Below, in pieces: positions 9,739 through 22,170 of a stretch of DNA of 64,000 nucleotides; position 1 is the stretch's first letter; each line of letters opens with the position of its first letter. Source of the DNA: a phage; the NCBI GenBank assembly GCA_017864995.1, contig GCA_017864995.1_4097.1; one strand, written 5' to 3'. The position numbers and the translations under genes are program-made. The notes beneath the pieces were generated by a model. That model worked only from the letters and a program-made list of their open reading frames with translations. It did not search any database and was not told the origin of the DNA.

Positions 9739-10011
9739 ATGCATTTTGAAAAATTCAATACAAATCGTAACACACGCATTGACGTTCTTTATGAAACACA
9801 AGACACAATAAGCATTCGTACACGTAGTGGTGATGTATATCATGACTGTACTATTGGTTGGGAACAGGGAAGAACACGTAGTGCAGAATTCGATAACTAT
9901 CGCTTCTACCAAGGGGACACCACAATCTGGCCTGAAGACGTAGAAGATATTGCGATTGAAGATGAACATAAAGATGAATTTATAAAATTTAATCCCGAAA
10001 CCGAATCATAA
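9739..10011 (+). CDS. hypothetical protein
   Basis: Track ORF 9721 (TTG) trimmed to ATG 9739 with GGGGA SD. Confidence 0.55.
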   Translation: MHFEKFNTNRNTRIDVLYETQDTISIRTRSGDVYHDCTIGWEQGRTRSAEFDNYRFYQGDTTIWPEDVEDIAIEDEHKDEFIKFNPETES

Positions 10012-10014
10012 ATA

Positions 10015-10141
<127 letters not shown>

Positions 10142-10148
10142 CCAAAAT

Positions 10149-10249
<101 letters not shown>

Positions 10250-10251
10250 CC

Positions 10252-10412
<161 letters not shown>

Positions 10413-10416
<4 letters not shown>

Positions 10417-10573
10417 CACATGAAGAATGGATGAATGACATTAATTTTAGATATTCGGGTATCGGTAAATGGCTAAAGTATCATTGGGAATTCATTTCAG
10501 AGCCACATCTGTATGATAAACTTATCAACGATCCAGCATATGAAATGTACTTAATTGAACTACTGGTACGAAC

Positions 10574-10577
<4 letters not shown>
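10413..10577 (+). CDS. hypothetical small protein, MTHEEW family (copy 2)
   Basis: 54 aa ORF; ATGA overlap with copy 1; tandem duplicate. Confidence 0.5.
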
Positions 10578-10745
<168 letters not shown>

Positions 10746-10746
10746 G

Positions 10747-11200
<454 letters not shown>

Positions 11201-11228
11201 GTATCTTAATAACAGAAGGTATATTGAA

Positions 11229-11468
11229 ATGAGTAAGTATTTTGTGAGTTATAGTTATAATGTATCACAAAAGGTTCCACGTGGTGATGGAATGGGCTGG
11301 TCATATGATACATATACTTTAAATGAGTCATGTATCATCGAATTGCAAGAAAAAGACCTTGACATTTTAAAAATCAAACAATATATTCTTGATGTTGAAT
11401 TGGCACATCGTACCGACAACTGTCCAGATGTAAACAACGTCAACATCTTAGTACTAACCAAAGTATAA
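11229..11468 (+). CDS. hypothetical protein
   Basis: Track ORF 11199 trimmed to ATG 11229 with GAAGG SD. Confidence 0.55.
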   Translation: MSKYFVSYSYNVSQKVPRGDGMGWSYDTYTLNESCIIELQEKDLDILKIKQYILDVELAHRTDNCPDVNNVNILVLTKV

Positions 11469-11474
11469 GATAAA

Positions 11475-11508
<34 letters not shown>

Positions 11509-11514
11509 GAATTC

Positions 11515-11860
11515 CACAATCAGACGTATATGGTGTAAGTTACGTCGATGTAATCCAGAACAAGATCTCTGGTACTCTAGGAAGTGGTGAATGTTAACCT
11601 AGACGGGTTTGATAATTGGACGATAGGCAATTATTACTTGACTAGCAGGTTTAAACTAGAGGTGACAGTCCTTTACCAAACTGGAAAACCGGATGGACTT
11701 TTATTTAAAAGGGTAAGGCGTGGAAATATGTTTACAGTAGTTGCTTTTAGTAGCCTGTACGCCCCACGTCAAGGTAGCCGAAAGGCAAGTTAAAACGGGT
11801 GGTTATAAAGCTGAATTAACAGCGGCGTTTAAAAGCGTCACCATCCATTTTTTTAATTAA
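11515..11860 (+). ncRNA. candidate structured non-coding RNA (function unknown)
   Basis: About 350 nt driven by promoter at 11480, visibly higher GC than flanks, no convincing ORF (only a GTG-start 69 aa ORF of odd composition), multiple stems; lies in the tRNA region. Confidence 0.3.
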
Positions 11861-11870
11861 AGTTGGTGAT

Positions 11871-12690
<820 letters not shown>

Positions 12691-12703
12691 ATAGGAAATT
12701 AAA

Positions 12704-12889
12704 GTGCAACTTTTAATTCTTTCAATATTGTATATTATTATAATGGTTCCGATATCAATACGTTTAATTACACTTGAACGATTTTTATCGAAACATGGAA
12801 ATAGATCTATGATCTTTGTACCAATCGGGTTGATATTGTTTGGTATATTTTCATTTATAATGGGAATTAACGCTACATTCATTTCATAG
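12704..12889 (+). CDS. small hydrophobic membrane protein
   Basis: 61 aa ORF with GTG start; two hydrophobic segments. Confidence 0.4.
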   Translation: MQLLILSILYIIIMVPISIRLITLERFLSKHGNRSMIFVPIGLILFGIFSFIMGINATFIS

Positions 12890-12898
12890 GAAACAAAT

Positions 12899-13566
<668 letters not shown>

Positions 13567-13585
13567 AGAGGTACTTCGAGTATGC

Positions 13586-13916
<331 letters not shown>

Positions 13917-13967
13917 GCCTCCCCTCAATGCGAAAGAGTATGGAGACTTGTTGGTTATCTTACTTCT

Positions 13968-14050
<83 letters not shown>

Positions 14051-14053
14051 TCA

Positions 14054-14126
<73 letters not shown>

Positions 14127-14143
14127 CAAAATAAAGGTACACT

Positions 14144-14560
14144 ATGAAATACAACATTGTTAAAATGGTGAACTACGTATTAAAAAACAACGCATGGTCA
14201 CTGCATGATGTACAATTAGAAGATATTGGTGAAGTTAGAGTTTTTTGCTATGATGGCGATTTGAACGAAACCACTGATTTGAGTAAATGTTTTAATATTT
14301 TTCTTGGTTATGAAATCAATAATCATTTTTATTCATTTGATGTGTATTTTGAACGAGTTAAAATCAGAATTGCTAATGTAAATAGTGATTATTATGACAC
14401 TAGAATTGAATTGAATTTTGACGATATTGATACTGAAGAAAAATTCTTTCAGTACTGTCTCGTAAACGATCCAAATGGATTGACATTTGAGGACATTAAA
14501 GCTATACTTATAGTTCAAAGATTAATTCCAGAAGAGGTTCTAAATCCCTTTAATGACTAG
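14144..14560 (+). CDS. hypothetical protein, F-Q motif family
   Basis: 138 aa ORF; contains TEEKFFQYCLVNDPNG; C-terminus paralogous to next gene. Confidence 0.65.
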   Translation: MKYNIVKMVNYVLKNNAWSLHDVQLEDIGEVRVFCYDGDLNETTDLSKCFNIFLGYEINNHFYSFDVYFERVKIRIANVNSDYYDTRIELNFDDIDTEEKFFQYCLVNDPNGLTFEDIKAILIVQRLIPEEVLNPFND

Positions 14561-14912
14561 TTTAATAACTCGTATAATGCAAGATGTTCGTAAGAATCTT
14601 CATACTGGTAATTTTGATGATCCTAACATAAAAATATTATGTTATGATGGATTCACCCTAGTACATCCATCAGAATCTAATAATTTATACATAGTATATA
14701 CTTCTCCTAATCTTTTGTATCGATTTGATTTATATACTACAATGGCTAAGATAACATTAGGTGTTTCTAAGGAGCCAATTTTTATAGCAGTACGTGATTT
14801 TGAGTACACAGAAGAGTCATTATTCCAGTACTCAATGATAAATGACATTGGTGACTTGACATTAGAAGAGATAAATGTTATAGTTGGTATCTGTCGTTTG
14901 ATTAATCCATAA
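14553..14912 (+). CDS. hypothetical protein, F-Q motif family (tandem paralog)
   Basis: 119 aa ORF; contains TEESLFQYSMINDIG and C-terminal EINVIVGICRLINP matching upstream DIKAILIVQRLIP. Confidence 0.65.
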   Translation: MTSLITRIMQDVRKNLHTGNFDDPNIKILCYDGFTLVHPSESNNLYIVYTSPNLLYRFDLYTTMAKITLGVSKEPIFIAVRDFEYTEESLFQYSMINDIGDLTLEEINVIVGICRLINP

Positions 14913-14925
14913 CTCGGAGCTTAAT

Positions 14926-15117
14926 ATGTTTTTGAATTTGTTATGCTTATTTGGTCGTACATTGGTTCTTGCTATTATTCATACACCTGGTATTCGTAAT
15001 TATGTTTCTTATGAATTTAAGAAAAATTACCACAACAATACTGAAGTTCGTGCAACTAAGATGTGCAAAGACTTCAATGGAGATGTTCCACCATTCAAGA
15101 AGTACGAGGATGAATAA
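14926..15117 (+). CDS. hypothetical protein
   Basis: 63 aa ORF, N-terminal hydrophobic. Confidence 0.45.
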   Translation: MFLNLLCLFGRTLVLAIIHTPGIRNYVSYEFKKNYHNNTEVRATKMCKDFNGDVPPFKKYEDE

Positions 15118-15401
15118 TGGAATTTATTGTTGCACCTGATGAACTAAAAACATTCACGTTCCGAGACAATAACAATTATCCTTATACAAATCATTCATTG
15201 AATTCATTGCATGTTATTTCAATCATTGCATCTGAATACAGAGACAATCCATGTATTGATTTTAAAACCACTGATGGTGAATATACATGGGTAGTTCCGA
15301 ACGATAAATACAGTTATCAGGGTGCAGTAGAGATCCGCGACTCGATTCTAAAGCAAATCGAAGATGGACATACTCATCCTAAACTAAACATTCAGTACTG
15401 A
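15117..15401 (+). CDS. hypothetical protein
   Basis: 94 aa ORF; TAATG overlap. Confidence 0.6.
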   Translation: MEFIVAPDELKTFTFRDNNNYPYTNHSLNSLHVISIIASEYRDNPCIDFKTTDGEYTWVVPNDKYSYQGAVEIRDSILKQIEDGHTHPKLNIQY

Positions 15402-15414
15402 AATCGTTTAACCG

Positions 15415-15462
15415 GATAGCTTCTAGTCGGTACTGAATTCCTCCTTTTGTCTAGAAGCTATC
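15415..15462. promoter_or_regulatory. long hairpin (12-bp perfect inverted repeat)
   Basis: gatagcttctag ... ctagaagctatc with 24-nt loop, followed by ttttaaagTATAAT. Confidence 0.45.
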
Positions 15463-15560
15463 ACTCTTTTAAAGTATAATGATATCACCCTCATGGTTCA
15501 TTATATTCGTTACCCTCTAACAGTATCTTTTTATTCCTCTTTGATACTGTATTTTAGAAG

Positions 15561-15590
15561 TTGACATTTTTACTTCTACTGTGTTATACT
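15561..15590 (+). promoter_or_regulatory. sigma70-type promoter (TTGACA-18-TATACT)
   Basis: TTGACA at 15561 and TATACT at 15585. Confidence 0.5.
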
Positions 15591-15592
15591 TA

Positions 15593-15625
15593 AGGCTGAT
15601 TCATTATGAATCGGCCTTTTTTCTT
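15593..15625 (+). terminator. leader hairpin with T-run (terminator/attenuator-like)
   Basis: aggctgattcat/atgaatcggcct stem followed by TTTTTT, between promoter and start codon. Confidence 0.45.
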
Positions 15626-15640
15626 GTGGGGATTAATGTA

Positions 15641-16057
15641 ATGAATAAAGAAGTTATTAGTTTAATGGATGAGTATATCAACCAAACATATCGTTTTATA
15701 TTTTTTAATGCATTTGAGTCCAGGACAACGTATCATTCTGGTGAATATGAGATAATAACTGGATCATTTCTTAACGGATACATGGAGTTTTTAGAACAAA
15801 GCGATAATGTTTTCATTTCCATATCTGAAAAACATGGTGATGATTATGTTATTGATGTATGGCCTAATAAAGTAGAGATTGACACTACAAAGAAAATTGT
15901 AATTGATGTGGACGAATCATTGTATGATTTAACTGAAGATATGTATATGCAACTAAATTTCGTATACGATCTAACTAACATAAGTTATTCTAATCTAAGT
16001 AAATTATTTTATATTTGTGGTGTACTACATAAAAACGTACAACAAAATAAAGGATAA
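15641..16057 (+). CDS. hypothetical protein
   Basis: Track ORF 15581 trimmed to ATG 15641 with GGGGA SD, downstream of the leader hairpin. Confidence 0.6.
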   Translation: MNKEVISLMDEYINQTYRFIFFNAFESRTTYHSGEYEIITGSFLNGYMEFLEQSDNVFISISEKHGDDYVIDVWPNKVEIDTTKKIVIDVDESLYDLTEDMYMQLNFVYDLTNISYSNLSKLFYICGVLHKNVQQNKG

Positions 16058-16129
16058 ACATTTAAATGTTGACAATTGACAACATAAATGGTATCTTTGA
16101 AATTGCCAGAACCCTACGAGGAAGATGAT

Positions 16130-16537
16130 ATGGTCAAAATTTTAAGTGACAATGCGGTTGATATTGTCATTGATGTACTTGAAAACAGTAATACATTTGA
16201 GAAGAAACACAGTACTGTATACTTCGGTAAAGATTGTTGGCTGAACTATATATCTGATAATTCGTTTGTAATTCGTGTTGAAACGGGTGATATTGGATTT
16301 ACGGTACATGCGGCACATACCAAAACTGATAAACAAATCACTGTTATTGCTGACACGCCAAGTATCTGGGATAGAATTGATGATTGTGAACACTACACGT
16401 CAACATTATATGATACAGAAGAAGAACATTTCATGGATAGTACTGTTAAAGAATTAGCTATTCCATTTAAACTTATGAAAGCAGCAAGAGATTTTATTTT
16501 AAAATACAAAAAAATAGGAGTTGATGATGCAATTTAA
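16130..16537 (+). CDS. hypothetical protein, F-Q motif family (divergent)
   Basis: Track ORF 16088 trimmed to ATG 16130 (SD GAGGAAG); contains TEEEHFMDSTVKE. Confidence 0.6.
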   Translation: MVKILSDNAVDIVIDVLENSNTFEKKHSTVYFGKDCWLNYISDNSFVIRVETGDIGFTVHAAHTKTDKQITVIADTPSIWDRIDDCEHYTSTLYDTEEEHFMDSTVKELAIPFKLMKAARDFILKYKKIGVDDAI

Positions 16538-16973
16538 TGGTAAGGTTTCTAAAGTAGGTTTAGTTTTTGAAAATTGTGAGTTCATTGAGATTGATGTAAA
16601 GAATGTTTTATGGATGCATATTGCTGACGAGAAAACTCTTTGTAGTCGTTTTTCCAACGGTCTAACTATTAGTACTGGTATTGGTGAGTTTGGTATCGCA
16701 TTACGTAGTGACACACCATCTGATTTCATGGATAACTCAACACTGCTAGAACGTTTAAAAATGCGTGACGTTACACACGTTTATCTATATGATACTAACG
16801 GTGTTGAACAGCGTTATGTAGTTGAATGGGCTAATTATAACCTTAGTGATCAATATTCAGTAAACCAGCGTGTTCAACTCACCCCTGGTGGTAATATTGT
16901 GTTTGTTAGTTCAACTGGTAAATTAATCAGTGTAGATGATGAAAGTATTGATCTATTCACTTCATATAACTAA
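16524..16973 (+). CDS. hypothetical protein
   Basis: 149 aa ORF; SD AGGAG upstream of ATGATG. Confidence 0.6.
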   Translation: MMQFNGKVSKVGLVFENCEFIEIDVKNVLWMHIADEKTLCSRFSNGLTISTGIGEFGIALRSDTPSDFMDNSTLLERLKMRDVTHVYLYDTNGVEQRYVVEWANYNLSDQYSVNQRVQLTPGGNIVFVSSTGKLISVDDESIDLFTSYN

Positions 16974-16984
16974 TACGAGATAAT

Positions 16985-17404
16985 ATGAAAACAATCAAAA
17001 CACATTTCAAAGATACATGGACAGAAGTAAGTACTGGTAATATTCAAGATATTTTATACAGTACTGAAACTATTCATGTCTATGATGAAGAGACAGCCGC
17101 CGAGCAGTTAAAGGCATTGCATCGTAGTGTAGGTGAACACACCGAGTACGGTGTCAAACATACTCGTGAATTGGTAAGTACTGATCATATTGACACCCGC
17201 ACTGTAAATCTATCAAAAGAAGAAATGTTTGATTTTATTCTAAACAATACTTTAACAATTCAACCAGATGGATCACTATACAGTAAAACAGATGGTACAC
17301 AAGTTAGTAAAAAGTACAATGTGACCATCAATGATACGGTGATGTCTGGATATGATTTAGTTGATGCAATCAACGAGTACGTTTCTATGCAGAGGTTGAA
17401 ATGA
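16985..17404 (+). CDS. hypothetical protein
   Basis: 139 aa ORF. Confidence 0.65.
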   Translation: MKTIKTHFKDTWTEVSTGNIQDILYSTETIHVYDEETAAEQLKALHRSVGEHTEYGVKHTRELVSTDHIDTRTVNLSKEEMFDFILNNTLTIQPDGSLYSKTDGTQVSKKYNVTINDTVMSGYDLVDAINEYVSMQRLK

Positions 17405-17766
17405 TTAATCTGATATATTTTACAATTATTTGTTGCATTACTATTGTACTTTGTCGTCTAATTCATGTATACTCATATCATAAAGCGTTGAGAATCGAAC
17501 AAGAGATTTACAACGAAAACCGTGAGCCAGAGCCAGAGAAGCTACCCCGCTCACCATATGCATTGAAGCGTGAGATGCATTCGGAGAGTAAGAAGTGGGG
17601 TTATGCAATAACCAAGCATGGTTATATCTACACTGCTGCAAATGGCTATTTTCAAATTCACCATGATCTTTCAGTTGCGATTGGAATTTTATGGGAAATG
17701 GAGGATATAGGTGGTTATGAGCGTACTAAATTCCCAAACTTACAAAATGATCCAGGAACTTCATGA
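17401..17766 (+). CDS. membrane-anchored hypothetical protein
   Basis: 121 aa ORF with N-terminal TM segment (LIYFTIICCITIVLC); ATGA overlap. Confidence 0.6.
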   Translation: MINLIYFTIICCITIVLCRLIHVYSYHKALRIEQEIYNENREPEPEKLPRSPYALKREMHSESKKWGYAITKHGYIYTAANGYFQIHHDLSVAIGILWEMEDIGGYERTKFPNLQNDPGTS

Positions 17767-17920
17767 AGAACATGATATAATTGTAGATGTAGAAAAGAAG
17801 GAAGTTGTTATGAAGAAGCAAGCATACCGCATCTTAGACAACTTCTATCTTAAGGCATTTATAATGAAGTTCTGTGCAGACGAGCACTTAACAGGACGTG
17901 TTATACGCAAGGAGTCGTAG
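17747..17920 (+). CDS. hypothetical small protein
   Basis: Track ORF 17711 trimmed to internal ATG 17747. Confidence 0.4.
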   Translation: MIQELHEEHDIIVDVEKKEVVMKKQAYRILDNFYLKAFIMKFCADEHLTGRVIRKES

Positions 17921-18262
17921 ATGGACATGAGTTCAACAATTCAGTACTTGAGCGAGAATTTTGTCAAAATCATTTCACGTGGTGGTATGATTGTGCATCC
18001 TGAAACTGAAGATATGTATATCATTCGTTTTGATGCAAATTCTTATGATCAAGTACTTGTTGTTTCGAAATTAGTAGGTTATAATGAAGTCGTTCAGTTC
18101 TGCTGTACCGAGTTCGGTATCTATATTAAAGATGCAGAAACCAATGAGATTTCACATTATTTTTATCACACACTGATGGGTACTAAAGATTTTGGATTGA
18201 AATTCAATGATTTAGTACAATGTCACTATATGTTTAAAACATACCCAGCATCTGGGAAATAA
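17921..18262 (+). CDS. hypothetical protein
   Basis: 113 aa ORF; ATG directly after upstream stop. Confidence 0.6.
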   Translation: MDMSSTIQYLSENFVKIISRGGMIVHPETEDMYIIRFDANSYDQVLVVSKLVGYNEVVQFCCTEFGIYIKDAETNEISHYFYHTLMGTKDFGLKFNDLVQCHYMFKTYPASGK

Positions 18263-18273
18263 GGAGTAACAAT

Positions 18274-19089
18274 ATGAGCAACATTTTCTTCAAAACCATT
18301 TCCTTCAAAAAAGAATCTTACTCTTACGCTTATGTAGATGGTAAAGTACTCAATATCGTTCTAGATGGTGTTGATGTACCTGTTCAATTTACCAGTCACC
18401 AAGAAGCGATTGAGGGTGCTCAAGAGCTTAACAGCTTACTAAATGGTATTGAGAAGAAACCTGAAGTTAAATCTGACCTTGATTTATTGGTTGACAAAAT
18501 TAAAAGTGGTGAACTATTATCAATTCTAGACCAGTGTAATGAAAAATTACGTGGTGTTGTTGGTGATGTACGTACTACAGTTCAAGATCGTCTACTTGAG
18601 CAAGCATTCAAAGAAGTTACTAAGAAAACTGAAGAACGTGTTGAAGGTATGATTAAAAACATTGATGACGTTCTCACTCATATGTTCACCAAGCCATACG
18701 AATCAAGTACTGATTCTGAAGAGAAACAAGAAGAACCAGTAGAACGCACCAAGCCATCTATTGTTACTAAAGTTAAACATAGTTTTGGTTCACTGGATGA
18801 TGTATTTGGCTTTACAAATGTACGTGTTAGTACTGATGAAAAGCCAGAAGTTGATGAAATGCTAATTGGTGACATGACCACTGGTCAACTCAAAAAAGAG
18901 ATTGATACCTTTGTTAATGAACTAATTAGTTCTGAACGTGCTGAAAATATGTTTAGCAGTATTTCAGCTAACTTCGGTAAAGAAGCAACTGAGCAAGCAG
19001 TACAGGCATTCAAAGATTTGATTTACACTGTCGCAATTGCTAATCCAGAACAAACACTGGAAGAAGTTCTACGTAAAAACTTCAAATAA
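18274..19089 (+). CDS. hypothetical protein (acidic, coiled-coil-like)
   Basis: 271 aa ORF; SD AAGGAG upstream; followed by bidirectional terminator. Confidence 0.7.
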   Translation: MSNIFFKTISFKKESYSYAYVDGKVLNIVLDGVDVPVQFTSHQEAIEGAQELNSLLNGIEKKPEVKSDLDLLVDKIKSGELLSILDQCNEKLRGVVGDVRTTVQDRLLEQAFKEVTKKTEERVEGMIKNIDDVLTHMFTKPYESSTDSEEKQEEPVERTKPSIVTKVKHSFGSLDDVFGFTNVRVSTDEKPEVDEMLIGDMTTGQLKKEIDTFVNELISSERAENMFSSISANFGKEATEQAVQAFKDLIYTVAIANPEQTLEEVLRKNFK

Positions 19090-19098
19090 GATATAGAT

Positions 19099-19132
19099 AA
19101 AAGAAAAGCCACTACATTGTAGTGGCTTTTTT
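19099..19132. terminator. bidirectional rho-independent terminator
   Basis: A-run, hairpin gccactac-att-gtagtggc, T-run; between convergent genes. Confidence 0.7.
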
Positions 19133-19133
19133 G

Positions 19134-20291
19134 TTATGCGTTATAACCAACAATGACTACAGTACAGCCAAATGGTTCAACAACTTTTAATACAACATTA
19201 TCATCGGCATCTAGTTCAACTTCACTTAGTACAACGTGATTGTCTTCAGCATAGACTTGAACTTGTGGGAGGATTTTACCATGTTCACTGGCAGGAATGG
19301 ACAGTGTGTACATAGAATCACCATCATCTACCCAATCACTATCAGTATACGTGTTGTGATATGGAGTGGTGTGTAAGGTTTTACCAATAATACTCAATGA
19401 GATTGGAGCATCATCAGTTTGGTACACAGTAATATTACCGCTAGGATCTACAATGAGGTCTACTCCAATTTGGAATAAATCACCACTGTATGCTTGTAGA
19501 GCAAGATACTCACCACGCTCATGCACAGTAGCTGGTACAGTTGCCATGTACATACCATCGGACGTGTACTCAAACTGAGATAGAAGTACTGAAGTAACGA
19601 AGTCAATATCTTCGCCGCTTTCTAGTATATCAAATTCAATAGTTTTGGTATTATATATGTCAGAAGTGAGTATGATGGTTCCTTTACCGGATTGAGTAAT
19701 TGGATCAACTGGAATACTAAAAACATCATCAATTATTTCAGTAGTGAAGTACTCGGTTCCGTCAGGAAGTATAACGGTAATACGCATTCCAGTTGTATCA
19801 ATGGCTGAACCTGCGTTGAATAGGCGACCACCTACCAAATCATCACCTACGAACGTTGGGAACATAAGGATGTTGTCTATATCTCTATCTATAATCCCGC
19901 ATTCAGGGGTGTACATATTATATAGTGTTTGTGAACTACCTAGAATTGTTTTGTGCAAAAGAAACTTATAAACAAACCCAGTAGGATCTGATTCAAGTTT
20001 AGCATCTGAGTATCCTCTTACGAAAAAAGAGTTCTTTCTTATTTCACTTAGGATTTGGTCATTAGTTTTGTTGTAGTTTAATTGATATCCTTGTATATCC
20101 TTTGTTGTAATTTGTACTTTACGATAAATTACATTACTTACAGGATCAAGTAAATCATATAATCTATGGCTTCTCTGACGATAGATTCGAACATTTTTGA
20201 GTTTAGTCCCATCGTTGAGAATTGCACCATCGACTACATATCCACATTCACCGAACTTATATTGTCCAGCAGCAGCAATCGATCTTGACAT
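19134..20291 (-). CDS. hypothetical protein (385 aa; possibly virion-associated)
   Basis: Only long minus-strand ORF in the first 51 kb; SD GGAGGG upstream; TATAAT/ATAAATA-rich upstream region. Confidence 0.7.
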   Translation of the reverse strand: MSRSIAAAGQYKFGECGYVVDGAILNDGTKLKNVRIYRQRSHRLYDLLDPVSNVIYRKVQITTKDIQGYQLNYNKTNDQILSEIRKNSFFVRGYSDAKLESDPTGFVYKFLLHKTILGSSQTLYNMYTPECGIIDRDIDNILMFPTFVGDDLVGGRLFNAGSAIDTTGMRITVILPDGTEYFTTEIIDDVFSIPVDPITQSGKGTIILTSDIYNTKTIEFDILESGEDIDFVTSVLLSQFEYTSDGMYMATVPATVHERGEYLALQAYSGDLFQIGVDLIVDPSGNITVYQTDDAPISLSIIGKTLHTTPYHNTYTDSDWVDDGDSMYTLSIPASEHGKILPQVQVYAEDNHVVLSEVELDADDNVVLKVVEPFGCTVVIVGYNA

Positions 20292-20351
20292 TCATCCCTC
20301 CATTGGTATAATTATTATAACGTATTTATTCTAGATAGGTAAAAAAGCACC

Positions 20352-20380
20352 TTGACTGAGTTGTGTTTTTGACGTATACT
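20352..20380 (+). promoter_or_regulatory. sigma70-type promoter (TTGACT-17-TATACT)
   Basis: In the divergent intergenic region between 19134-20291(-) and 20408(+). Confidence 0.55.
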
Positions 20381-20407
20381 TAAATGGAATATCAATAAGG
20401 GGATTTT

Positions 20408-20992
20408 ATGAGTGTTGTAGAAAAACGTTTAGTACTGAAAAATGGTAAAATGACTGTTAAGCTATACAAAGATGAAGCTGATTCTTTTATGGCTAAAGCA
20501 ATTGAGAAATCCGAACGATATAAAATTCTTGCACCTGCAAGTAAATCGCCGTATGGGTTTAATCACGCTCACAGTCATTTTGTTGGTATGGTATGTGAAC
20601 ATGCTTCATTTGTACTTTTTAATGAAATTGAAAACTATTCAGGTATTGCACTTAACATCGATCCAGCGTTCCAAAGTGATGGACGTGATGGGGAATGTGA
20701 TATCAAAGTAAACAACTTAAGAATTGAAGTGAAAGGTATCAAGTACAAATCGTGGACCGACTTTGGACCATGTGTTAGTACTCGACAGTTAAAAAATATA
20801 CAGAAAAAAGCTGACGTTATTCTGTGGGTATTGTATAATGAGAAAAAGCAAGAATTCACATTTGAGGGATTCAACTATGTAAAAGACATTAGTTCGATTC
20901 CAGTTGTGCTAACAGGTGTACCAGGGCGACCAATGATTGAAAATCACCCAGTACTGAGTATTATTAAACCACTTCAGGAGTTACCATTATGA
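20408..20992 (+). CDS. hypothetical protein (possible PD-(D/E)xK-like nuclease motif)
   Basis: 194 aa ORF; segment DGRDGECDIKV...IEVKG fits a D...E-x-K pattern; speculative. Confidence 0.6.
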   Translation: MSVVEKRLVLKNGKMTVKLYKDEADSFMAKAIEKSERYKILAPASKSPYGFNHAHSHFVGMVCEHASFVLFNEIENYSGIALNIDPAFQSDGRDGECDIKVNNLRIEVKGIKYKSWTDFGPCVSTRQLKNIQKKADVILWVLYNEKKQEFTFEGFNYVKDISSIPVVLTGVPGRPMIENHPVLSIIKPLQELPL

Positions 20993-21216
20993 TTCAGGCA
21001 ACTGTATATCAAGATATTAATGAAGAATTTAATTCTAAAATTGCATTTTTATCCTTTCCCGTATTGCCAGCTATTGGTGCTACGTTGAATCTTACAATCT
21101 GTGGCTTTGAAAAATACTATGAAGTACTAGATATTGAGTACTGTGCAGATGTTTATTCATGCAACAGTGAGATTGCTATTCCTGTGCAAATCGACATTAT
21201 TGTAAAAGAGGTTTGA
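20989..21216 (+). CDS. hypothetical protein
   Basis: 75 aa ORF; ATGA overlap. Confidence 0.55.
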   Translation: MIQATVYQDINEEFNSKIAFLSFPVLPAIGATLNLTICGFEKYYEVLDIEYCADVYSCNSEIAIPVQIDIIVKEV

Positions 21217-21677
21217 TTATGTTTAAACACTTTCTAGTAATCACTGCTGTTGTATTCAGTACTTCCTGCTTCGTTGCACCAGTACATGCGGAAGACCAGC
21301 GTCAAACAATCAAGACGATTGGAACAGGGAAAGCCCAACCAAAACGTACTGCTGAAGAATACATGCCTGAGATGCGTGAACGTTACCGCCAGCAATACCG
21401 TGAAAAACATGCTAATGATAAGCCTATCAAAAAGCATAAATGGAATGTAGTCAAATCGCCATCGTTTTGTGCTGGGTATGCTAAGGTTAAGGATGAACAG
21501 CACAACAAGCAGTACTATAAAGATATGTACACATTCTATGATTCGAGGATCTCGGATGATGACATGATGGCTGCTAAGGTTGATAAAGAAGAATTTCTTC
21601 AGGGTTATGACATGACCGATGATGACAAGATCATGGAATGTGTTGAAGTATATGAAAAATACAGAGGTTTTGAATGA
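21213..21677 (+). CDS. secreted hypothetical protein
   Basis: 154 aa ORF with N-terminal signal-peptide-like segment ending VHAEDQ. Confidence 0.6.
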   Translation: MIMFKHFLVITAVVFSTSCFVAPVHAEDQRQTIKTIGTGKAQPKRTAEEYMPEMRERYRQQYREKHANDKPIKKHKWNVVKSPSFCAGYAKVKDEQHNKQYYKDMYTFYDSRISDDDMMAAKVDKEEFLQGYDMTDDDKIMECVEVYEKYRGFE

Positions 21678-22117
21678 CACTTTTGCTGATTCTAGGTTTA
21701 TTAGTGTCATATTTCATTTTTCTTAACATCTTCTCTGATGCATCACATTTTGCATATGCTTCAGCTATTGCAAAACACGAAGGGATAAAGAAGTATATTC
21801 CTGCATTGTTATTCTCATATATGTACCACCCAAGGTACTTTACACTAGGTGTGTTTGACAAGTATGTATACGACGAAAAAGCACTCAATGAAATTGAATA
21901 CTTTGTAAGAACTCATGCTAATAACAATCCAAAATCATTAATTAACTTTACTGATAATCGTAAACGTGTTAGTATTAGAACTGACTTGTATCCTACCAGT
22001 CACTTTCATCTAGGCGATTGTAGTGTGTACAGGGTTAGATACGAAAACTTACTGTTACCACCATCACATATAAGATACATAGAAAAATACTTGTTGAAAT
22101 GTGTTGACTCCAAATAG
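21674..22117 (+). CDS. membrane-anchored hypothetical protein
   Basis: 147 aa ORF, N-terminal TM segment. Confidence 0.6.
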   Translation: MTLLLILGLLVSYFIFLNIFSDASHFAYASAIAKHEGIKKYIPALLFSYMYHPRYFTLGVFDKYVYDEKALNEIEYFVRTHANNNPKSLINFTDNRKRVSIRTDLYPTSHFHLGDCSVYRVRYENLLLPPSHIRYIEKYLLKCVDSK

Positions 22118-22170
22118 TAAATGGCAGTATAATAGCTTCGTACCGCAATAACTGACAAGAGGATTTAACG

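Noticed and set aside
11584-11793. GTG-start 69-aa ORF inside the candidate ncRNA region
   Set aside because: Atypical composition and no SD; the region is GC-rich and structured, more consistent with RNA than a phage protein. Not excluded, hence the low confidence on the ncRNA call.
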